This document shows, piece by piece, positions 54,525-64,000 of a stretch of 64,000 nucleotides of DNA. The DNA is from Eledone cirrhosa (Eukaryota). The stretch's first letter is position 1, and every line of letters begins with the position of its first letter. The stretch covers positions 286,068,001 through 286,132,000 of the forward strand of contig OZ024741.1 of assembly GCA_964016885.1 (NCBI GenBank), read 5' to 3'. The notes under the pieces were generated by a model that had not been told where the DNA came from, did not search any database, and saw only the letters and a list, made by a program, of their open reading frames with translations. The position numbers and the translations under genes were made by a program.

Positions 54525-54830
54525 CACATATATATATTTATGTGAGTGGTTATTTGGCTGTCTGACTGGCTATACATATCAAAGTGTATATTGGAAATTG
54601 AAAAGTGGCAACATAATTGGCTATTGCTAACTGCTAAGAAATCAGATCAATTGCTAGTTGCGGGTTCAATGACTCTTTCTTGTAGGGCGTTTCTCAATAA
54701 ATAGAATCGGAGACCGAATTTGTATGACATTCAAAAGTGTGCACTCCCTTTAATTTGAGGGATTAACAATTATATTTTATATTTTTACACATATACATAT
54801 ACATTTATATATATACATATATATATATAT

Positions 54831-54897
<67 letters not shown>

Positions 54898-55002
54898 TAC
54901 ATATATATATATATATATATATGTACATATATACACACACATACATATACATATATATACATATATAAATATATATATATATACATATATATACATATAT
55001 AC

Positions 55003-55035
<33 letters not shown>

Positions 55036-55063
55036 CCCATATTTTTCATATATATATATATAC

Positions 55064-55127
<64 letters not shown>

Positions 55128-55227
55128 AATTTTAATATAGAAATGGCTTCTATAGGACTAGAACTGTTTCATTTGTCCGAGATCATCAGGCGATATCACT
55201 CTCTGTATATATAAATATTATTATAAT

Positions 55228-55413
55228 TGTTTCTACTTTTGGCACAAGGCCAGCAATTACCCAGTACATTACTGGTACTTTATTTTATCGACCTCGTCAG
55301 GATGAAAGGGAAAGTTAACCTCGCCGGGATTTGAACTCAGAATATCAAGGGCCGTAACTCTATGCGTCAAAGCATGGCGTCCGACCCTCTACCAATACTG
55401 CCAATCCACCGCC
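55228..55413 (-). mobile_element. Full-length main-family SINE
   Basis: Head, core and tail; imperfect TATAAATATTA..TAAT TSD. Confidence 0.9.
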
Positions 55414-55806
55414 GTATAAATATTATAATAATCATTATAATAATTTATTGAGAGTTCATTCCTAGAATGAAAATGAACTTCAATAAATTTCTCCTTCTGA
55501 CCATTCTTTCAGCCTAATTATTCTTCCTTTTTGTGGTTTGCCTTTCATCCTTACGGGGTCGATAAAATAAAGTACCAGTAATGTATTGGGTAATTGATGG
55601 CTTTGTGCCAAAAATAGAAACAATTATTATAAATACTCCATGAAGTATTTATAATAATAATAGAAATTGTGCCATAACCTCATTAACTGGATTATTACAT
55701 TACGCCTTGCAAGGAACACGTCGAGAAAAATATTTTGGTAAGCAATCTTCTATATTTATTTTGTCTGCGCACCTGATTCACACACACGAAATTTAATTTG
55801 ACTTAT

Positions 55807-55876
<70 letters not shown>

Positions 55877-56157
55877 CTATTATTTCATGCTTTGTTATCA
55901 GTTGAATTGTGTGTGATGGATGAAGATTGGGGTGTCAGAAAAATATTTTTCATCAAATTACACGACTGCGACCGTGTTTCTCTACAACTCCATTACCAGT
56001 ATTGTATGTATGTATGCATGCATGCATGTATGTATGTATGCATGTATGTATGTATGTATGTATGTATGTATGTATATATGTCAGGTCACCAGTTGGTGCT
56101 GCTGGTAACATGTATCCCAGTACAACCTGTCTCATGGTATATGTATGTATGTGTATG

Positions 56158-56188
<31 letters not shown>

Positions 56189-56242
56189 GTGTGTATATGT
56201 ATATATATGTATGTGTATATGTATATATATATATATGTATAT

Positions 56243-56850
56243 GTCAGGTCACCAGTTGGTGCTACTGGTAATATGTATCCCAGTACAACCTGTCTCATGG
56301 TCGGGTCGTTGGCGACTAAACTGGCAACCCCACCAAGGTTTTTTAGTGAGGAGGGTGACTTTGGACATCGTGCAGGACTAAAAACAAAACCTGTCAAAGG
56401 GCAAAGGAGCTCTTAAGAGTCAATAGCCATCCAAAATCACCGGGAGAGATGACCCCTTAGCCTTTGTCGAGGCAGAATTCTAGGAGAAGGAAAACTCTGA
56501 TATAACACCTGCAACCTTGATGGTAGCCAATGATGTTGACTTGTTCTTCTTTTTGGTAAATATCATTTTGGTTAAGAGAGTGGGACTGGCTTTTTGCAGT
56601 GCCTTTGCTCACTATTAAAGCTTCACGGCACAGGCATTGCTTTATATCTGGACATCTCTCTGCACTTGTCGTCACATGGTACCATGGGGCCAGCACTATG
56701 TGTCAATAATTGTCACAAGTGTAGTGTTTGTACCAGAGTTTTCAAGTCGCTGGCTGGACTAAAAAGTCACACTCGTTCAGCGCATCGGTAGGGGTTCTCC
56801 CACATGGATATAAAGTAGTGGCCGTACTCGAAAACGAGTTGGCAGCCACC
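56243..56850 (+). mobile_element. RTE-derived bipartite non-autonomous element, copy 3 (5' ~58 nt duplicated at 56080-56138)
   Basis: RTE-like 5' UTR motifs (GGCGACTAAA, GGAGAAGGAAAACTCTGA) joined to a C2H2 finger remnant CSVCTRVFKSLAGLKSHTRSAH, 3' stem-loop and (ATGT)n tail; RTE assignment from recall. Confidence 0.7.
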
Positions 56851-57662
56851 ATGTATGTATGTATGTATGTATAGACCTATAACTCGTGCTGGAGTCGAAA
56901 GAGTGCCGTAGTGACATACAATGTGACCTAATCATTTAAAGCCTAGTGGTGTCCATCCATCGTTCGAGTCTAAACAGCCGATATTTCTGTTAGAGATAAA
57001 AGGGGGGAGGGAATGAGAAAGAAGGAGAGAGAAATAATGAGAGCGGGGGAAAAGAGAGGGAATAAATGAAAGAGCGAAAGAAAGGGAAACTAAGTAAGAA
57101 AGAAATGTACAGGAGAAATCGTACTCAGTACTAGGCTGGTACATTTCTTTATCGAGCTTGAAATGTTGAAAGGCTAAGTTGACCATGACGAGATTTGAAC
57201 TCTGAGTGCTATGACCCGAAATGAATACTGCGAATTATTCTCTCCGGCGTTCTAATGATACTACCAATTCAAGTCCTCGCTACCAACCTTACTACTGACA
57301 CTATTATCATCGTCATCAACATTATCATTATCATTATCGTCACCAACGATAGTAGGAGCCATTACTGTCATCAACGTCAACACCACCACCACCACAAGCA
57401 CCACCACCACCACCATCAGCATCATCATTATCAGCATCATCATCATCAACATCATCATGATTATCATCATGATTATAAACTTCAGAGGCAGTAATTTCAT
57501 TGCCTTCTTCATTGTTATCATTGTCCTCATACTTGTTGTTGTTTACGTATTTTTTTACGGCCAATTTGATAGAGAGATTCATGGAAAATTGTCAACATAT
57601 TTTTATTTATATGCGTTGATATGTTAGAAAGAAAAAAATCAAATTGTTTGTGGAGTAATAAT

Positions 57663-57758
57663 TGTTTCTACTTTAGGCACAAGGCCAGCAATTACCCAGT
57701 GCATTACTGGTACTTTATTTTATCGACCCCGTAAGGATGAAAGGCAAAGTCAACCTCG
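57663..57758 (-). mobile_element. 5' truncated SINE with 13-bp TSD
   Basis: GTGGAGTAATAAT at 57650-57662 and 57759-57771. Confidence 0.9.
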
Positions 57759-57837
57759 GTGGAGTAATAATACGGCTGGGCAGCAGAAGACATTGATTGA
57801 ACTCTCAATTTCATATTTAATGGCTTTATCTAATATA

Positions 57838-58253
57838 CATGGTGTCACCAAAAGATGTATACATACTTTGATTACCTGTACAGGCAATATATATTAGAAT
57901 ACACAGCCTTTCCCAAAAATAAAATGATCTATCGACATAATTCAATTGTATGTAAACACCCAAAAATGTTTACATAATTTAAATAATTGTTTCTACTTTG
58001 GGCAGAAGGCCAGTAATTATCCCAGTGCATTACTGGAACTCTATTTTATCGAACCCGTAAGGATGAAAGGCAAAGTTAACCTCGGCGGGATTTGAACTCA
58101 GACAATAAAGGGCCGTAACTCTTTGCTACAAAGCATGGCGTCCGACCCTCTACCAATACTGCCAATCCTATGCATATAAAACAGAATTTATTTGAGTGTA
58201 TTTTTTGTTTGTTTTGCTATTGAAATGTGTATATATTTTTGGTAGACGCCCTG
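57838..58253. mobile_element. Tc1/mariner-like MITE interrupted by a SINE (57988-58168, -)
   Basis: TA-CATGGTGTCACCAAAA.. versus ..TTTTGGTAGACGCCCTG-TA imperfect TIRs with TA flanks. Confidence 0.55.
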
Positions 58254-58780
58254 TATATATATAGAGAGAGAGATGTTAGACTAGACAGAAAACTAGACAA
58301 ACAAGTAGTCAACATTTTACTACGTCCTTGTAGAATTTACTCATAAATGATCTTGGTCTGAAAGATGTGTGCTAGGCTCTGCTGTAACAGCGTTAAACGG
58401 ATGAAGTATAAATTCTCGTATCGAGGGTACACTAATTAACGCAAGTTAATATTCCAATGAAGAGAAAAAGTCCCGGGAATAAAATACATTCATATTCACA
58501 ATTTTGGCTACAAAACATATTCTTAAGGGAATGTCATATTTAATTTAAATGCCATAAATTATTGCCTTAATTATTTTACGTCACTTATTACCCGAGTGTA
58601 TAGGATGTGTACATAACGACAACAATGTTAACAGAATGACATTACACATAGACCAAGGAATTTTACTATGCTAAGGCCTTCCAAACCTGCAAGGGCCATT
58701 TGTTACATGTGTTTGTGTGCGTGCATGTTTGTGCTTAGACTTAGGTCGTCAAAAATGATCAAAATCTAAATACAAATAAT

Positions 58781-58950
58781 TGTTCTACTTTTGGCACAAG
58801 GCCAGCAATTACCCCAGGGCATTACTGTGCTTTATTTTATCGATTCTGCAAGGATGAAAGGCAAAGTTAACCTCAGAGGGATTTGAACTCAGAACATAAA
58901 GAGCCAAAACTCTATGCTGCAAAGCATGGCGTCTGATATTCTACCGAAAC
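58781..58950 (-). mobile_element. Main-family SINE; further partial or old copies at 22510-22612+, 24126-24216-, 34410-34545-, 35070-35200+, 55535-55622+, 57110-57290-, 59480-59605-, 61895-62060-, 62410-62500+, 63520-63728+
   Basis: Shared core and B-box. Confidence 0.75.
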
Positions 58951-59883
58951 TCATCTACAGTTGAACTAAGACTAGCTCAACAGAGTTGTATACGATATGC
59001 TGTTTAGACATTTTTCTATTTTGGCAAACTGTTTACACTCCGATACCTTTTATATTGCAATTTGTGTAACGCTTGGCAGGTTTCTTGGCTTTTTCTTACA
59101 TTTATATGTGAGTTTGTTTGAGAAAATATCACGATCATGACATTTTATTGTAAAAATTTAGATTTTGTTGAATGGAAACATGGTAGAATGGGGATAGGAA
59201 GTGGATAGATCTTAAGATGGATCTTTAAAAAATAAGGAACTGCTATCATGTTTATGTTACTGTATGTGTGAATTTGTAATTTCTTATGGGGGAGTAGGAA
59301 ATTTCAATTTTTTTTATTCACTATTTAAATTCCACAGAGAAGTAACAAAAAATGTTGATAGGCGTTTCACGAAACAGAAGTACATTTTATGAAAATGATT
59401 TATGAAATGGACAGCCATAAAATATTTATTAATTTAGAAAAGAAACAACGTCATCAATTTGTGGGGAAGGGGATTAAAACTATCACAGTACCTTACTTAT
59501 ACTTTAATTCCTCGTTAACGGAGGGATGGAAGATAAAGTTGACCGCGGCAGGATTTGAACTCAGAAAAGCCGGAACAATTCCTAGTAAACATTGGTCCGA
59601 CGTTCTATTATATATCAATATATAATTTTTTCCTATACAATGCTTTTGTTTTCTTCAAAACACCATGCATAAACGTCCTGAATTTGTTTTTCTAATTTAA
59701 AAAAGTGAGGCAATAAGGAGTTTGGATGAATCAGTTTTATAATTGTCATTAAACTTTAAACCTAGGAAAGGAATATTGGTCACGGACACCCATAACTGCT
59801 ATAATATATGTAATTTGAGATTCTTGTTCAATAACATGAAACCTAAATAAAATGTGTCAGGAAAAACGGGTTATATTTCCGAA

Positions 59884-60084
59884 TTCAGGATTGGTGTGGT
59901 ACCCGAGTCGCCTCTGGAAGGTTCGCAACCCTCACACCCCTATTAGGGAATTTTTATATATTTTCATTGTTAATTGTTTTTATTATTGTGTATTTTTACA
60001 CGATTTTATTGTACCCCCCTCCCCGCTGTCCCTGTCTTTGTATAGTCCCCTATATGTCGGCCCTTGTGGCCAATAAATGAAATC
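59884..60084 (+). mobile_element. L1/Tx1-clade copy D (3' UTR only)
   Basis: Matches the 3' UTR of copies A and C; ends CCCTTGTGGCCAATAAATGAAATC-(ATT)n. Confidence 0.85.
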
Positions 60085-60110
60085 ATTATTATTATTATCG
60101 TTATTATTAG

Positions 60111-60298
60111 GGCAGTGAATTGGCAGAATCGGTAGAGCGTCGTACACCAAGCTTAGCAGCATAAGAGTTATGGACCTTTACGTTCTGAGTTCAAATCCCG
60201 CCGCGGTTAACTTTGCCTTTCATCTTTACAGGGTTGATAAAATAAAGTACCAGTAATGCATTGGAGTAATTGCTGGCCTCGTGCCGAAAGTAGAAACC
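60111..60298 (+). mobile_element. Main-family SINE inserted in the (ATT)n tail of copy D
   Basis: Full head, core and tail. Confidence 0.9.
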
Positions 60299-60316
60299 AT
60301 TATTATCATTATTATT

Positions 60317-60530
60317 GTTATCACTTGCCCACTTTATTACTTGGAGCGTCGAGGGGCCAGAGTGCTCAGATAAGTCTTCCAGAGCCTCCGATCAGAAAAA
60401 CCATCTCCAATTAGTCCGGCTGGATCTCCATGCAAGAATAATTATGCTCATGGATTTTATTCAACCATCTTGCTCATTGTTTACCATTGAGTCTCATGCA
60501 AGCTTGTTTTGCCAGTGAGATCTGATCAGT
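60317..60530 (-). mobile_element. Possible RTE-clade LINE 3' fragment
   Basis: Minus strand gives ARWLNKI..DRRLWKTYLSTLAPRRSK*, resembling an RTE C-terminus; ends in an AAT-rich tail. Confidence 0.4.
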
Positions 60531-62946
60531 GGTTATTTGTTTATACATTCTAATCACATTTCCTTATTATTGGAGCTGTGATATTTCGATTCAAAGTAGT
60601 GGTTCTACCTGGAGTGACTCCCCGATTGTCAATTAAGTTAACATCAACTAACCGTTATTTATCGATTTCCGAACTTTGTTGTCAAAACAGTCATTATTTC
60701 ATATGTTTTCCTTCTTTGAAATTATGTTAGCATTAAACAGAGGTATGTTAAAAATATTTATTCTTTCCACAATCTCGCTTACATGTATAACAATATGTGG
60801 GTTCTTGTCAACACAACAATTGATTTAAAACACAATATCTTAATAATTCGTGACTGAGACGCAAATACAAGTCTCATGATCTAAGAATGTTCATACATTG
60901 GAATTATAGCAAATTTCGATACAAATTGTTTTTATATTTATATTCATATTTTAAAAAAATATTGTATTATTTTTCTCTTCACGTTTCAACGTAGAAATCT
61001 AAAAGTTTTGTGGGATTTTTTTAATGATTAAGAAAAACTAATCTTTTTCGTTGTTGCATACAGACTTTCTACAGAACTATGTGGCATGATTATTGATTCG
61101 AAAGAAATCTATCACTTGTAAGGTTAATACTTGTGTTAATCTCAAAAATATAACAGAAGACATTGAATTATTTTGCTGTCAGCTTAAATATATTCATGTT
61201 GCTCTCATGGTCAGGTAAATATCCAGACCACATGGGGTGCAATTCAATAAGGTCAATTTACAATCGCTTCAGAACGTAGCTTGTATCGTGCAAAAATACG
61301 AAAGCTCCATGATAGATAAGAGTATGACCTTGTCACGACCCCCTATAGTATTCATTCAAATATTTTATCGACACTGGAGCTCTTTATAGATTGAACTATT
61401 ATAATGCCTAGGCACTCCCCCTTGAAAATCAAAGACAATTTAGCAACATAAGGTTTCAGAAGTGTATGTATGTATGTATGCATGTATGTGTCCATAATTC
61501 CAAGTAGAGTGGTACCGGCGGTCTAGTATCATAGGGCGTGTCTTGGGCATTTTAAATTTGGCAGAGCCCTCCTATCATACTATATTTTTGTCAAATTCCT
61601 CCATTAATTATTCCAGAGCTAATAAACTATCTTCTCTTCTTGAGTCATCCTTCTTTCAAAGGTAAAGCATTCATATTACTTTTTCTAATGGCTAGAATAT
61701 ATTCAGCTCGCCACACCTGCATAAACATTCACGCCACCGATGTTGACCAAGAGAAAGGCAATGGCCGATAGAGCTTGTCACCTGTGGTGTCGCAAATCCT
61801 TTCTACAAGCGAGTAAATTGAAGTTCATTCACTCCAGGTGTGAATACAGCTGATTTCTTCCAGGGAAAGCGTGACAGGGAGAAAGATATATAAACGACGA
61901 ATCGACTCTAGTGCCGGGCTGGAATTTGTTTAACGACCTCGAAAGTATGACGGGTAATGTTGACCTCGGCGGAATTTGAACTCTGGGAGTGCAGTGAGCC
62001 TGGAGGAACATCGCAAAGTGTTCTCTCTGACGTTCTAATAACTCTACCAATCCACCGCCTATACCACTACATGGATCCATTTAAACTATTACGTTTCTCA
62101 GCTATAATAACTTTACTGATCTGCTCATAAACACCCCTTGATTTGATTGATCCCTCGCCATTAACGCTGAAGGAGCCGCTTGTTTTAGATGTTTATGATG
62201 ATAACGATTATTATGTTGCAGAATATGAATATTTCAAAAGAAGAGGGAAAGCATATGCAATAAGGAAATCAAGTGATTTGAACCACATTCTTACATGCAA
62301 ATCAAGATCTGTCTGCCAGAACTAATCAAAAGATTTAAATGCATGTGACTAATCTTTCTAACAGGAGGTTCTCTACGCCTGCAATCATTTCTGATAATCA
62401 GGCTGCGAATTGGTACAGCAGAATGCTTGGCGGTATTCGTTTCATCTCTGCGCTGTGAGTTCAGAACCCGCTGAGGTCGATAAAATAGTAATGGTGTGGT
62501 ACTGGGATCGATTCATCTTCTATATCTCTCTCTCTCTGGAAGAAATCGGTATTTAGGCCTGAAGTGGGGATCAGCACTGTCAGGTTTAATAATGTCCAGG
62601 AAACGTCGTATTTCAACATGGCATCCGTACGTTGCCATCAAGATTTACTTATCCATCTATACACACAACCACAACGCTAATATTATCCCTCAGAAGTTAG
62701 ATTAACATTGTTGTAGGCGACAATAGAATGATAACACTTCAAAGAGACGCATTAAATGGTGAACAAGCAATTAACCTGTTACAAGTCCTTTAACAGTCAT
62801 TAGAAATACATTTGCTATGATTATATTCTGCTACACTATCCTGAGTACTGCATTCTCCTACTAATTCCTTCCATCTCGACGCCTCTTCTCCCCCTCTCTT
62901 CCCTATCTCTCTTTCTTCCTCCTTCATATTCTCTTACTTCTCTTTC

Positions 62947-63000
<54 letters not shown>

Positions 63001-64000
63001 GCTATCTCCCCCTTTCTCTCTCTCTTCTCCCCTCTCTCTCTCTATATATATATATGTGTGTGTGTGTATATATATATATACACACACACACACATATATA
63101 TATACCGAGATCTATCATTCTTTCTTCTGTTCTCCACTTGGTTTAGCCATTGACCAATTTGTAAGAACATTGTGCATATAGGCAAAACAACATTTTCTTA
63201 AAAGTTATATCCTCCCCCAATTGAACACTTCCTCCTCCCCTAGTACTACTACTACTACTACATTTTCGTTAATTACGACAATCTACACAACTTTACCTCA
63301 AGTCTTTCTGTCACTACAATAGCAATGAAAAACTATTACAACCACCTTTAACTCTGTCATATATTTTCTTTTCATTGGCAAGTGGAACTGGAATGGAGTT
63401 TTCTTACAATGTCGATGTTGTTCCTCCTCTGTTAATATTTACATGCTCTCATTTATTAAGAATATACGTAGTTGGTTTGGCTACTGTTTCATATTATAGG
63501 TCCAGTTTAGGACAGTGTATTGGTAGAGTCGTTAGTGCTATAAAGAAATGATAAGCAATATTTGCTCTCGCTCTTTACCGTCCGCGTTCAAATCTCATCG
63601 AGATCAACTTTGCATTTAATCCTTCCGGGGTTGATAGAATAGAGTACCAATAAAGTACTGGGTTGGTATAATCTACTTTACTTTACCCACAAAAAAAATT
63701 GTTGCCTTTATGCCTAAAATAGAAACCATAATAGATCGGCTTGACCAAAGTATTTAGTGTGTTATCTACGGAATTTATTATATAAATTTTAACGTTTAAA
63801 ATATCTAAAATGTGTTCATTGATAAAGACATCTATATATAGGTGTAAACATTAAAATTAAAGTAATAGTATATACCGGACGGAGATAGAATAGGTGGGGG
63901 AGGAAGATACAATAGAAAATGTATAATAGAAAAGAAGGAGAAATAGCGATTAAAAGACGAAAACGAAGAGATGTTGAGAAAGACATAGGGAAGATAAACG

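Noticed and set aside
57255-57582. His-rich, Met-rich or Asp/Gly-rich ORFs
   Set aside because: (CAT)n/(CAC)n trinucleotide repeat

Overview
AT-rich, microsatellite-dense animal genomic DNA with no host gene or exon I can support. The SINE family and repeat landscape suggest an octopus or other cephalopod (inference, not verified). The window is almost entirely stacked mobile elements: four L1/Tx1-clade LINE copies bounded by (ATT)n, one R4/Dong-type RLE retrotransposon in (TAA)n, about 25 tRNA-derived SINEs, three Penelope-like element (PLE) RT/GIY-YIG remnants plus many non-coding PLE terminal-repeat (pLTR) fragments at (TA)n, three RTE-derived non-autonomous elements, a Helitron-like element, a mariner remnant and a Tc1-like MITE. 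The strongest signals read by eye are: (1) about 15 minimal type-I hammerhead ribozyme (HHR) motifs, often inside fold-back palindromes, with a recurring TACTC..GAGTGCT stem just beyond the inversion boundary; (2) a shared ~30-nt 3' tail and ATT target between the main SINE and the Tx1-like LINE, suggesting a SINE-LINE pair; (3) two SINE sites that fold back and duplicate flanking DNA; (4) a Helitron terminator that is palindromic through CTAG and has CTAG|TC junctions on both strands. Coordinates were counted by hand and element edges are approximate. No searches or folding software were run.
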